Shown here one piece after another: positions 19,926 through 32,667 of a stretch of DNA of 64,000 nucleotides. The DNA comes from Diplonema japonicum (Eukaryota; Protista; Euglenozoa: Diplonemea), in assembly GCA_964019335.1 (NCBI GenBank), contig OZ025665.1, positions 1 to 64,000 of the forward strand, written 5' to 3'. The translations under genes were made by a program, and so were the position numbers. The number at the start of each line of letters is the position of its first letter. Within the stretch, counting starts at the first letter, position 1. The notes beneath the pieces were generated by a model that searched no databases, was not told where the DNA came from, and worked only from the letters and a program-made list of their open reading frames with translations.

Positions 19926-22900
19926 CTAGTCACGCAACATGTCTGCGTAGGTATCTAAAGTGGTCGTTAGTGAATGCAGTGCATTCTCTAAGGTCATAGC
20001 CTTCCCAGCGCTTCCGGTGCTTGTGTTACTACCAGCACTATCACTTCTCAAGGGCAATGAAACCGTTGCTTTGGGAGTCGCTGGTTTGTATACGAGGGGC
20101 GCTTTCTTAGACGCTGAGTGGGAATGGCTCTTGGGCATGCACAACTTTGCATTCTCAAGTGCTGCCTGGTGCGTCTTGAGCTGCGATGCCTGAGCGGGTA
20201 TGGTTGTGATGACTACATACCAGCTTCAATAACTCTCTCTCTTTAGCTACGAGCGCTGCTTGCATCTCTTTCTCCCTCCTGCGAAGGGTCTCTTCCCTTC
20301 TATCGTGGGCCTGTTCGCGCGCTGCAAGTGCAGACTCACGAGCTGGTCTTGTCATGTTTCTCTCTTCTATTTCCTTCAGTTTCATTTCTTTCTTTGTCAA
20401 CCTACTCTGCAGGTCCATCTGGATAGACTCCCTCTCATCCAGCCTGCTTTGCTGGTCTTCTAAGCTACGTGCTTTAAGCCTCACCTGAGTAAGGAGCTCT
20501 TTCATCTCCTCACTCCTAGCTTTCAATTCCTCCTCTCGCTCCTGCTTGTGCTTCAATGACTGCTCCCTGGCTTCGAGGTTCTGCAGCGTACGGGTCCACC
20601 CCTGCTCATTAGCCTTGAAAGCGGCTTCTTTCTCTTCGATTCCCTTCGCTTGTTTTCGTATCCCTGCTTCACGTGCTTTATTCTGTGGCCAGTGTTGAAG
20701 ATGCTCATTTGATGCACACCTGAAGTTCTCTCTGGTCGAGCTCCATTTCCCTTGCGGTCAGCTGCTCTTCATGCTCGCTGAGCTCCTTCTGCAGCATCGT
20801 CATATCGACCTATGAAGTAGATAAGTGTGGTGAGTCATACCAAATCGTCCTTCTGGGAACTTTCAAAAAAATGGTACTCATGCTCTGTGAGCTGCGCCCA
20901 CCTTCTGTCAATCTCCCTACTGCTGCTGTCGAGGTTATCCTCCCTCTCCTTAATGATGAGTTCTTTCTCCACGACAGAAACCTCACGCTGCGACAGCAAC
21001 TGCTCTTTGTCGCGCAACAGCACTCTCTCCTTCTCCAGGCCTTCTTCTTTTTCACGTTCTTTCTCAGCGTCGAAAGAAGGAGGCGAGCATGCTCCCAAGG
21101 CCTCTTCCCGCTGCTGAAGCCCCTTCTCCCATTCTGACAAATGCGCAGGGCTTTGCAGATTCTTTTCCTTCTCCTGCAGCTCTCTCTCCAGAGTAGCTAG
21201 CCTCAGTGCCTCTTCTGCCAGTTTGTGCGGGGTCATGCTATCAAGCTCAGCCTCTCTTTTCTTAAGTTGCGTCTCGAGCTCTGAAACACGCTGATCATGG
21301 GAAGCATCTCCCATCTGGCCCAAACGCGCTTCCTTGACCTTAAGCTCTTCTTCCTTCGCATTGAGGTCAGCTGTCCTTGTCTGGATGAGTCTCAGCCTCT
21401 CCGCCGCAGCTGCTTCAGCCCTGTCAGTGTCGAGCTTCCTCTCTTCCATGGCTAGCTTGTCCTTTCTCAGCAAGTTTAGATCAATCTCAAGTTGTAGACA
21501 CTTCTCAACAGCAGTATCGCGCTCTTTCATGAGGAGAGAGTCGGGTGGTGTGGTGCCTCTGTCGCCTTGGAGCTTCTGCTTTTCTGCTTCCAACATTTTG
21601 ATCTTTAATTCTTCCAATTGGCATGAAACACCTGCTTCGCGCTCGTTGATCTCTTGCTCTCGAGTAGCGAGCTCTGTCTCTTTGGCTTGCAGCTCCTTGC
21701 TGAAATCGTTGGCCTTCTTAAGTTTGGCAGCAGCGTCTTCGGACTTCTTTTGCACTTCCTCATACAGCCTTTTAGTCTGGTTGTTTACCTGCTCCCTTGT
21801 GGCTGTGATCCTCCTCTCTTCTTCTCGCACCTTGTCCATACGCGAGTTCAGCCCTTCCTCGTTAGAACTATGAGATACTGTTTTGGTGCTTACCTCTCCT
21901 TGAAGCTGCTTGATTGTGCGTTGCAGCTCTTCCTCCCTGTTCGCTGCTTTCTCGAGTTCCTGATCTGCGAGACGCTCTTTGTACTCAAGCTTTGCCCTTG
22001 CTGCCTCCAACTCTTGCTCTTTTCTAGCCAACACCTGTTCTAATTCTTGGACCTTCGACCCATCGGCACCATCAGTAGAAGCTTCTAGCTGTTTGAGATG
22101 CGTTTCACGTGTGTTGAGAGAAGCTTCCCTAGTGTCGTGCTCCTGCACTCTTTGTGAGATGATATCTTCCGTCTCTTGCAGCTCGGTTTTCGCTTCTTGC
22201 AGCATCTTTGCAACCTTTTCCAACTCCTCCTCCTTCATCAACTGCTGCCCATTCAGTCTAGAAATATTGTCTTCTACTTCCGAAAGCACAGTATCTGTAT
22301 TGCTGGTCTTGGACATGATCGCTTGTTCTCTTTCACGGAGCTTCTCGTCCCTTGCCTCCAGCACCTCTTCCTGCTGTGTCACAGCGTCCTCCCTCTGGTC
22401 TACCTCTTGCTCCCTGATACGTAAGGATTCCTCTCTGTCACCGTCAGCTGGTGGCTGGGTTTCCTTCTCTGCGTTTGCCTCTTGCTCCGCTTTCTTAAGT
22501 TCATGGGCCTCTAACGTAGATTCTAAGGTTTCTATTTTGCTGCTGAGCCGCTTTTTAGTATGCTCTTCATTGTCTACAGTTTCAATCAATGCATCGTTCT
22601 CCGCCTTCAAGTCCTTTACCTTTACCATCAGCTGCACGATCTGCTCTTTCTGTTTTGCAATGGTTGCGTCCGTGCCTTCCATAGGCTCCGTGTTTTGCCT
22701 CAGTTCATTTTCTGTCTCGGGCTCTTCCTCTGGCTCTACAGCATCAGGTTCCTCTTGCACTTTTTCAACAGAGGGCAAGGGTGAGGAGGAGGGTGATGGC
22801 ATCGCCTCCTCTTCGTCTTCGTTTCCATCTTCAGGTTCTTCAGACGGCGCCACTGAAGGCGAAGAAGGTGCAGAAGAAGAAGAAGACGAAGAAGCCGATG

Positions 22901-23504
22901 AACTCGATGACACGTCAGGCTCGGGGCCGTACCTCTTGACTAAGGCAGCAATGAGCTCGTCGTCAGTGCGCTTGTTACTAGAAAGGATGTGTTCCAGTCC
23001 TGCCAGCTTTTCCGGGGCGTATTTCTTGTATATCCTAGAAGCCCTCTTCCTTATCTCGGGGCTAATCACTTTCCCATCTGGAGATTGCGGGCTCTGTGGG
23101 CTCTCAGACGACGCCCTAGGACGCACAGGTGATCCCGCTTCAGATTTCACCCTGATGCTGAGCACGATCATCCCTTCTTCCTTTCCTTTCAATACAAGCG
23201 GCAACTTGAGCTGCTTCACCTGATCGTATCCTGCAACCTCGACAATCTTTGCAAGGTTCAGCTTGCAGCCTCCCATGTCCTTCCCGTTGGACTTCACCAC
23301 GACATCGATGACCGAAGCGTCGCTCTTCACGGGGAAGCCCAACTTGTAATCGAAAGCTGGGCTAAGCGTTTTTTTCCTCTCCTTAGACTTCCCAATCCGC
23401 TTCCCGTCACAGTCAACCACAACATAAGGGCTCGGCTTGCCAATCCTGGCGACGTCCTTCAGGTCCTTTGCCCCTGCAATGAGGAGGTCGACAGAGACGG
23501 CCAT
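19926..23504 (-). CDS. C2-domain, long coiled-coil protein (3 introns)
   Basis: N-terminal C2 (PSPYVVV..KTLSPAFD), a YAPEK..LVKRYGPEP motif and an E/K/Q coil. GT-AG introns 20810-20840, 20683-20719 and 20190-20220 restore one frame to TAG at 19926. Confidence 0.85.
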
Positions 23505-23564
23505 TTTGTTGTAACCCTTGCGATGAGAATAAGACAGAATAAACATGACATTTCTTCACTTAAC

Positions 23565-24970
23565 TTAAAATCTAACGTCGCTGTCATGAAGAGACGCAAT
23601 GGTAACGTAAACACTGCTGCCAATGCCGTCAACTGTGGAGATGGAGATGTCACCGCCTAAGTACCTGCTGTAGGTACGGGCGATGGGAAGGCCATGGTGA
23701 GCTGTGGTCAGGGCACCCATGTCACTCTTGTGCTCTCGGTGTATCCAGTTCTTCAAGCCTCCATCCACGTCTGAGGCCCTGTCATCCAGCAGCTCCGCAA
23801 TCTCTTTTTTCTTAGCTGCCACCAGCTCAGGGATGTTCTGTCCCCTCTTTCTTCGAACCTGCGTAAGTTCCATAGGGATATCCAAAGAGCTTTCGTGGCT
23901 CTTGTCTTTCCCACCCCATTCCCATGCATGCAGCACTGAGTCACCTTGGAAACCACCGCCCTCGTCGGTGATCTTTAGTACAACGTTGTTCCCAGAATGG
24001 ATTTTCACCTTAATGGGGGGGAGCTGTGCCTCCCCTAAGATCATATTCCACTTCACAGTGTGACGCATGGCGTTCTTTAGCAATTCAATAAGAATGTACT
24101 CCAGGTGGTCCGGAATGTATGAAACCTCAGCGTCGACATCGCCAGTCACCACCACCTCTGGAGCCTTCCTGAAGCGCTCCATGCAGACTTTGCTCACCAC
24201 CTTTGCAGCATCCTCGATGACTTCTCTCGGTTTGCAATGCAGATCGAACACACCGAAGTGCCCCGCCCGTCCCTTTGTGTTTAGGTTTTCCGCAAGAGCA
24301 ATTTGATGTGCAACAAGCACACGTCTGCCGAGTCTTGCTTGTACGAAATTATTCATGAACTGGTCCTGCAGGAGGTAATTATTTTCCTTTTACCCCACCG
24401 AACCCATACCAAGTCGTTCTCGTCTACTCCAATTGTCTTTGGAAGAAGCTTTGCCTCGGCAATGCCAGCATGCAGCCTCTTAAAAACATTTCGGTGCAGC
24501 TTTGTCACATGCTTCACGTAGTTGGTGTACTCGTAAGTGTCTTCTAAGTTTTGGACAGGCTTTGTCTTTCGCAGCGCTTCGAAGGACTCCAAGTATGCAA
24601 GTAACACCTCTATCATGTGTGGATTCACCGTCACGATGTAAGGCAGGTGATGGAACACCTGTACTGCCTTTGCGAGGCGGATGGGAAGTTCCTTCTGCAC
24701 GTATTGACACGCGGCAACTAGTTTCTGTTTACATTAAACTGAAAAGTGTCAAAATAGGTGCTTACCTTCTCATTAAGATTCTGCGCGAATTCAAACGCAT
24801 ACTTCAGATTCATCTGCTGGCTGTGGTGTTGAAGTCAACTGGAAATAAGATCGCCTATACCTCTGCAACTCCGCGTACTTAGTAATGTGCGGGCTGTCTA
24901 AGCTTGTCATCACAGACATGCATCGTCTGCTTTGGTGCAAGGCTCCTAGCCCTGTTGTAGCAGCTTTCAT
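23565..24970 (-). CDS. Mitochondrial pyruvate/branched-chain ketoacid dehydrogenase kinase (3 introns)
   Basis: KELPIRLA, ELLKNAMR, ITDEGGG, GLPIARTYSRYLGGD; introns 24821-24860, 24725-24765 and 24366-24409. Confidence 0.9.
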
Positions 24971-25434
24971 TGTTTAAACAGTGTATCACTGTTGAAGATG
25001 TAGCAAACATGTAGTAACAGAAAATAGGGGCGAACAGAGGCGGAACTCTTTCCGTTCTTTTCTTTCGAATTCTCAGAAATAGGAGAAAAGAAAACTGAAA
25101 GTTCCTTTCTTCTTCTTTGTTGTTAATGCAATCAAGAAAATATAAAAAGAGCCGAACCTGTAGAGGCCGCACTGCGCTGCCCCGACAACAACTACAATTT
25201 AATTTAAAACATTGAATATCCAAAATTCGCTAAAGTGTCGCAGACGAGATGGTAAGAAAACCCTCTGGATACCTTTGCAGATACTGGATGTGGCAACCTC
25301 GTTAGTTAACAAAAAGAAATCTAGAAAGGGGAACACGGAGCAAGGCACTCACCTCTTTCTTTAACAATGAAATAACAACGGGAGATAGAACGTTGAAAAG
25401 GCAAAGACATAGGGAACGGGATCTAACTCCTATT

Positions 25435-27075
25435 TCACATTTTCCATTTTTTACCACAACTCAGGCACTGGACAAAGTGGGTCATGGGCTCGGTTGCATC
25501 TGATAATGAGCATCGTCGCTTTTTGCACCTCCCACAAGTGTACATCGAGGTGTCGGTGGTGAGAGTGCTTACGGCTGAGATGTCTGCCGTGATTTCTGCT
25601 CTAATGCTAGATGCTTCTGCTTGCTTGGTGGGATTTCGCAAAGCCTGCGCAGTCATGGTGGGAAGGTCCGACGAGAGGATTTCTCCTTGCAGAAGCTGAG
25701 ACCTCAGAACCTCGTTCTGCTTGTCCTGGAGGTTCGACAGCAGTGTTCGCAGCTGTGTTCTGTACCCCGCATTGTTCAAGGCACCGAAGTGGTTGAACAT
25801 CGCCACTTCTATCTCGACAGCCTTCGCTACTACGTTCTCCCCACCCTCGAGGAACACAGCCTTAAACCTCTTCCTGATGTTCAACCTCTGCTGCTTGTGT
25901 TCTCCCGCCAGTCCTTCCTCCAGCTCATCGGCATTTTTCGCAATCTTTGCCACTGGATCCTCCCTTCCCATCTCTGAGAGGGGCCGCTTCCTCTGCAGCT
26001 TCGGAGACCTGTCCACATCGGACTCAAGGTACTGCTCTTTTGTTGAAACCTTCAGAACTTCAAACACGTCTCTATACTCCGTCACAAGCTTTTCCACATC
26101 CACCCCGCAGCTCTCGGGTGGCAGTCCAAACGACAGCCGGTATAGAAGTGTCCCATACTTAGCATCCTTCAGTACTTCCTTGATGTGCCTGGTGTGTGTG
26201 ACTATCTTGCGAACAAATCATACCTGGCTAACCCCGGCATCATGGGGAACAAGACCCACTTGCAGTTGTGCCGCCCGCACACAGCTAAGAGCGAACGTAG
26301 CTTGTCCTGTATTTCCACCTGTAGTGACTGGTGAGTGAGACAAAGTGCATACGCAAGTGGTGTACTTCGCATCACGGGGAATGTACGAAGGCAGAGACAC
26401 TGATACCATATTGAGGTGGTACGGTGTCGACAAAAAGGGATACCCTTCGTTGAGGGGGCCCCGCGTTATCATTACATTGCCGCTATACATAACTGCAAGA
26501 GGCGGCAGGGGGTACGGCCACTTCCGTGCGTACCGTTTCTGTGGGTCATCAATACACATAAATATGTTCGTCCGTCTGTGAAGGTCTTCTTCCGTTCCAG
26601 GCCCTCCTGCCTTGTACCTCCCACCTGGTGCTTTCCTGTCTGTAAAATTGACTGTCACAACAGAGTTGGTAAAGAGTGTGCTCCTCGCTGCAATAGTGGT
26701 TGCAATACTAAGATAGTCGCACAGCACTAAGTCTACCTCTGTCTTGCTGAACCTCCGAACGAAATGCGGTACCTGCGTGATCCCTGGGTAGTAGAATGTG
26801 TTACGTGGTGCTTCCTCGTATCCCTCGAGTACAGTATTCCCGTACCGCCCATCGAAGAACACCTTCACTGTCCCGTGCTGCACATACCGCATCAGCACAG
26901 CCTTCTTCGTCTCGTCTTTTGTCTTGCTGTACGTGTCCTTCCATGCAAAGCTGTCGTACGGCAAGCTGAGTAGCTCCCGTAAACATGCAGACACACCGCT
27001 CTTGCTGTCCTGCATCATGAGATGTTCCAGCTTTCTGCCGTACTCGGCATCGGCTGCGGAGCCCTCGGCTTCCAT
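25435..27075 (-). CDS. Fusion of a microbial-type PARG-like (DUF2263) domain with TFIIS central domain and Zn ribbon (2 introns)
   Basis: VNF..KAPGG....GTEEDLHRRT..YPL...MYS.NV.ITRG. Introns 26319-26352 and 26189-26223 join in frame to YRTQLRTLLSNLQD.QN..LR..LL.G and CGRC..EPMTHFVQCLSCGKKWK. Confidence 0.75.
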
Positions 27076-27148
27076 CCCTGCGTGAATGTAAAGAGATGTA
27101 ATGTTCAAAACGCAATATTCGGAACAAGAAGCACCCTGTAAAGGGTGG

Positions 27149-27811
27149 TTACTCAACTGCCTCACCTGCCTTCACGGCATCGAGCAGCACATCAAAAAAC
27201 TCATCGAGACGCAGCTTTTCGGAGGCAAGTTTGCTTCTATCGATTTTACTAAAGAGTAGCTGGAGCGTCTCTTCTGAAGGAATCGCATCGGCGAAGGGTG
27301 TCAGTGAGGGGTGTTCGAGCGTAGGAGTGGGTGGCGGCGTGGCACGTCGCTTAGCTGTAGCTGGCCCTTGTGATTGCATCGCTTGTTCTTGTGCTCGGCT
27401 CTGAGCGTACGATTCTAGCGAGTTGTGACAATCATGGTCCTTAGGCACGAACATCCTCTGCACCTCATATTTGTCCCTGAATGAATCTGCCTTCGGTAGA
27501 GATGGCCACACACCTTCCCTTATGCTATCTTTCACAGATGGAGCTCCGGTCTCTTCCGCACGCAAGCGACCTTCCGCCTGAGCAAGACACAAACCCTTGT
27601 ATGCCAGCTCCTTCCCTTTATACTTCCCCAACAGTCGTGTGACATCGCTGGAATCAGTGCCCTGCTTCAGCTCTTTTATAATCCGACTCTGGCTGGCGGT
27701 GAGCTGTGCCAAGGCATCCCCTACCGTGGCCTGGTACTGTGTGGCATCGGTTATGGCATTGTACACATGACCCTCGTTTTTGTCAGACACGAGGCTGCGG
27801 ATATGGACCAT
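27149..27811 (-). CDS. Hypothetical protein (~220 aa)
   Basis: Clean ORF filling the gap between neighbours on the cluster strand; no motif recognised. Confidence 0.6.
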   Translation of the reverse strand: MVHIRSLVSDKNEGHVYNAITDATQYQATVGDALAQLTASQSRIIKELKQGTDSSDVTRLLGKYKGKELAYKGLCLAQAEGRLRAEETGAPSVKDSIREGVWPSLPKADSFRDKYEVQRMFVPKDHDCHNSLESYAQSRAQEQAMQSQGPATAKRRATPPPTPTLEHPSLTPFADAIPSEETLQLLFSKIDRSKLASEKLRLDEFFDVLLDAVKAGEAVE

Positions 27812-27921
27812 CTTCTGGCGGCGGGTCAAAAATACAAATAGGGGGAAACAAAGAAAAAGTAAAACTCACCAAGAGCATAACCCTGGGATAGTTGCGGGTA
27901 GTGCTCCTAATAACAATACAT

Positions 27922-28413
27922 CTAGCTCTTCGGCGGACTCCGCTTCACCTTTACGACCTTCCATGACCCTGCATCCTGAAGTGCTTTATTAAAGATGGGG
28001 AGGCCCTTGCCTGCCTTGTTGCCGAGTCCCATGCTCATAGCACCGTCTTCTGGCTTGCACTGGATGGCCATAAGCTGTGCGATAACCAGTGAGGGCACTA
28101 CGAATTCCATTACGGTTGTAGGAGAGCTGTCCACCCACTTCTTGCCATTAAGGTACTTCTCCGCGTAGATACGCCCCCCGTCGCCCTCAATGATCGCCTG
28201 GTAGGGCTGTGTGTCAGGCAGCTGCCCGTTCGCGATCACAAACTCTGCTTCATTGTCTCCCATAGGCCGATACACCCGTGTCATCCCTTCCTTGTCCTCA
28301 CTGCTCTCCGCCTCTAACCAGTAGCTACTTCCTCCTTTGTGCGTCACATCTTTCAGACACCCTTTCTTGAGAAGCTCCTTATCATATGCTGAGAGCCTCG
28401 CGCCTTTCACCAT
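27922..28413 (-). CDS. Hypothetical 163-aa protein, candidate ART-fold/Tse6-like NAD glycohydrolase
   Basis: Clean ATG-TAG ORF with RVYRPM..E, YAEKY, VMEFVVP and KPEDG.MSMGLG...GLPIFN. Confidence 0.6.
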   Translation of the reverse strand: MVKGARLSAYDKELLKKGCLKDVTHKGGSSYWLEAESSEDKEGMTRVYRPMGDNEAEFVIANGQLPDTQPYQAIIEGDGGRIYAEKYLNGKKWVDSSPTTVMEFVVPSLVIAQLMAIQCKPEDGAMSMGLGNKAGKGLPIFNKALQDAGSWKVVKVKRSPPKS

Positions 28414-28542
28414 CTCCTAAAAAAATTAACTTAACAGCACAATAAGGGGAAATAAACACTGTGACACACTTCTGTTAAAAAAAAAGGAAGAGAGGGTGAG
28501 CAACACTAACTTCTTTTCTTTTTTAAAGCACTAACCTTGTTC

Positions 28543-29302
28543 CTATTGTCCCTCCCCCATGCACTGCAGGTTGTACCTCGCCAGGCACTGGGGCAGGGAA
28601 GAGAGGACGGAGCCGTATCTTTTCGTGTTCTCGTAAAGCTCGAAGAGGGGGACGGCGAGGATTTTGTAGTTCTTAGGGATCGCGAAGTTCATCTTGCTGG
28701 GGAGGTGCACGAGGTACAGTCTGCAGTGCTTACAGTAAAATATTTTCAGCTCATACTTCTTCACCTCCTTCGGCTTCGTTACGTGGGGCGGGACGTAGGG
28801 ATACATCAGTGCTTCGAAGTTCGGTCGGTGCCACACAGCCACGCACTCCCCAACCTGCCAGTTGCTTGTCTGTGGTGTTGGTGGTATACAAAAAAAAAAC
28901 TTATACTTGATAGTCCGGAGGTGCCAATTTAGAGCTCATTTTTCTTTTCAGACAAGTGATCTCGTCTTCTCCTGGTTTACATTTCCCACCGGGGAGTTTA
29001 AAAATTTGCCCTTGCTGCAACAACAAGATGTGGGGGTGGTTGTGCTGTTAAGTTTGATTAAGATTGGTTTCACTCCATACCTGGTGCACCAGCATCACTG
29101 CATCCACTGTCCTCCGTAGCCCCTCTTGCTCATATTTGTCTCTCATCTGCATCAGCCTTACCGACGCTGAGCTCTCCTTCTCGTCATGGACCGCCTTTTT
29201 TTTTTAAATCGTTTTTATTTCTTTTAGTTCTACCTTTAGCCCGATATTGTAACTTTCCAAGTTGTAGATTTCAACCTTCTGTTGCTGCCCTTGTTGCGTC
29301 AT
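28543..29302 (-). CDS. NUDT21: Cleavage factor Im 25-kDa subunit (Nudix; 4 introns)
   Basis: GLRRTVDAVMLVHQ|HNHPHILLLQ, FKLPGG, WHRPNFE..MYPYVPPHVTKPKE, LAVPLFELYEN..RYG. Confidence 0.93.
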
Positions 29303-30476
29303 CTTCTTTTTTCTTCTTCTTTTTTCGTTTTCTAAATACTCCTCCCCCCTCTTCCTCCTTTTCTTTTTTGTCCTTTTTCTTATTACTCTGTATTACACTG
29401 TAAAATGAAAAAGGTACCGCACTGACGACGTCGAATATCTCGGCCGGAATTTGTCACGCTCGATATCTTTCACTTACAGCATTTATATTCTTTCATTGTT
29501 CGAAGGGCGCGTAATAACAAAGAGAAAACCGGAAGAAAAAAAAAGAAGAAGAAAAAGGAAGAGAAAAGGAAGAATTACTGCGAAACAAGAAAAAATAGAT
29601 CGTCTTTCCGCATCCTGACCTTCTTATCATCTGTTTTTCAGTTTTTGCAGTAAAATGGGAAGGGGGAGGGGGGGCAAAGAATGTGCGTAGCATGACCGAA
29701 TGGACGTGGAAGGGTGATGGCAGTGTAGGCTATGATTCTATTCGCTCCTTCTTTGGCTTTCTTTTTTTTTTTTTTGCGAACCAGTACACCCTCTCGCTCC
29801 ACCTTTCCTTTCTTCCTTCTCTTTTTTCCCTGTATCCCATCCTAGCAATCATAAATCATAGTTGCAAAAAAGATGAAGGGGAGAATTTAGATTTCCTTCT
29901 TTAAAAAAAAATGAATTAGAGAAAAAACAGGGATGAAAGTCCAAAAAAAAAAACTCAAAGTACAGGACAAGCCCCCCGCTAGAGGGCCGCCCTATAGGGA
30001 GGGGGGGGTCTATCTGTTAATACTCCCCAAAAAAAAAAAGAAATGTTCTTCTAAGGAGAATCTAGGAAGTCTCCTATAAGTAGCTAGCTAACCATTAAGT
30101 GAATGCCGCATGGAAAGCTCGAAACCGAGCACACAAGCCCTGTTTATGTCTATCCATCCTTGAAGACCTACTTGGCTACTTATTTCCCACCGTTCGCACT
30201 ATTACAGACAAAAGAAAATAGAAGAGAAACCTATAAAAAATACAACGAAAACAGAATCGAGAGGGGGGGGGGGGTAAAAAACTACCTAAGCTTTCTTTTT
30301 TCCGTCCGTTTTCTGTTCTTAAATTGAAAAAAAAAAGATAAAAAAAAGATAGAATCACAGCTGGTAAGCGTGCACGAGGGAACGGGGAGAAACCTTTTTT
30401 CCTTTTCTTTTTTCTTTTTTTCCACCATTCTTTTTCGTTTTCTTTCTTTCTTTCTTTCCCCCCTATTCTCCCCTAC

Positions 30477-32251
30477 TTATTCCTCCGCCCCTTCAGCATT
30501 GTTCCTTTCTGCGTCGGCGTCCTGTGAGGCGTCCTGTGATAAATAAAGGAAATTGAAAACCCAGGTCACATACAGGAGCTGTAGTCCCCTCTCTTGCACC
30601 CTGCTCTGTTGTCTGCGGCAGTTCCTCATCTTGCGCGCCATCGTCATCGTTGCCCTCCCTTTCGGAGGTTTGCTGCTCCCGCTGTCTTTCCGCATCGACG
30701 ATGGACTGGAAACGCTCCTTCGCGATCTCCTTGATGCCCTTGCTCTGTGTGGGGAACTTCTTCATGACCTTCTTGAAGTCCTCTTTTGTCAGCACGAACA
30801 TGTCGCAGTACGTACGCGCCACGATACTGGCGGTACGCTTCGTGTCGTACAGCAGAGCGATCTCACCGAAGAAGCCGCCGTCCTTCAGCGTGAAGACCAC
30901 CTTGTCGTCGTCGCTCACCACGTTCAGCTCGCCTCTGCTGATGAAGAACATCTCTGTCCCCACCTCGCCCTTACGTACCACGAAAGAGTTGGGCAAGCAC
31001 ACCCTTGGCTTTAAACACTTCACGATCTCATTAATGAATTCCGTGTCGTCTTTGCACTGCTGGAACAGCGGCACCTTCTTGATGATCTCCGAGTTCAAAA
31101 TCACGCTCATCTTGTTCTTCAGGTACGGCGGCAAGTCGTCCAACACCTTGTTCTTGTCCAGACCCTTCCCGGACTTCCACAGGTAGGTGTAGTAGTTGCG
31201 CACCTCGTTCTGCAGGTCCTGCGGGATCCTCTTGTACTTCATGTAGTCGTTGATACCGTCCATCTTCTGACGGAAGTACAGAGCAGAGCTGTCCAAGTTG
31301 GTCACCAGCGACCCGACAGTACCTGCAGCGGTTTCCTTTTTACTGGCCGCATACCAATGATTGTGGCGAACAGGCTGATACCCACCATCGTCACTGCAAT
31401 CGAGAAGATTGTCTCCAGCTGCAAAGTGTTTGGTGTTAAATTTTAACAAAATAAACCAAAAAAGAAAAAAAAACCCCAAACCTGCGTGTGAGGGTTCGTG
31501 TTGTTGTAACCCGTCATAGTGACGAAGGACCAGTAGAAGGCGCGAATGTACTTCGAGCCCAGGCTTCTATTCAGGATGTTCTCGGTCCCAGTGAAATCCA
31601 CCTTTGCCTGTTTTTTTTTTTTTTTTTTCTTTTCCACCCTCATACATCATCTCCCTCGATGAGGATGACCAAGAAGAAGGCGCAGCCAATGAAGTGCGCC
31701 AGGAAAAGAATAACGAAGGTCGACTTAAAGATCCTGATGACAGACGGCTTCAAACTAGTGACCTTCTCCCACTGTGAAAAATAGTACGTAAGGCGACCCA
31801 TGCGGATGAGGCGGTTGGCACGGTAGGCTGGGTGGTACTTCTTCGTGATGAGGCAGATGAACTCGAAGGGGAAGACAGAAAGGAGGTCAGCCGCGAACCA
31901 ACCACGCAGGTAGTGGTGGAGGATGGTGGTCCTGTCTTTGATGACTTCGCCGTCAACTTCGAAAGTTGTCATTGTGCAGATTACAATGTCCAACGCCAGA
32001 AGCACGTCGCTGAAGATGTCCATCACCAACCAGTACTGCCACTCCATGATCAGGAACCCCAGCCTCAGGGGGACCACTATGCATATGAAAACAACAGTGC
32101 AAAAGATCAATATGTCCCACCTGTTCCTGATAACATCTTCCTGTGCAAACAAGAAAGCATCATCCCTCTTCCTCGCCTGTGTGTCCTTTCCCATCGGCTG
32201 TACTGTACTGCTCTTTCCAAAACAGCTGCTCAGTGCATCGGTAATACCCAT
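30477..32251 (-). CDS. Cyclic-nucleotide-binding-domain cation channel (CNG/HCN/KCNH superfamily; 4 introns)
   Basis: S1-S6 with S4 RANRLIRMGRL, pore helix FYWSFVTMT, C-linker and CNBD (GGFFGEIALL...RTASI). Confidence 0.9.
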
Positions 32252-32667
32252 TATGTATGTGTGTCCCCCACCTTTTGTTGTGTACGTACTAGAAATCAAG
32301 AGTAAAAAATAAAAAAACAGAGAAAAAAGGGGGTGGGGAGCATATCGAGGATCAGGGAAGAGTGGGGAATGGGTTTCAATGGGTGTTTCTCCTTTTCTCT
32401 TTCTCCTTTTTATTTTTCTTTCGTGTTAAGTTGTTAAGTCTAAAAATAGTGGAGGACCTTTTCTTTATTCTTTTTGTAAATCACCATTTTTCTTTTCTTT
32501 TTTTTTCTTATCCATCTGCTGCCGCGGGTCTATTTTTCTTTTCAAGTATCCGGGGCTAGGGAGAACATTCTGGTTTGCCGTCAGTCTCCTGCTTTTTTAA
32601 AAAAGAAAGCCTCCATTCGCAATTATTCTTTTTTTTTTCAAAAAAATCTTTTTTTTTTTCAAACATC

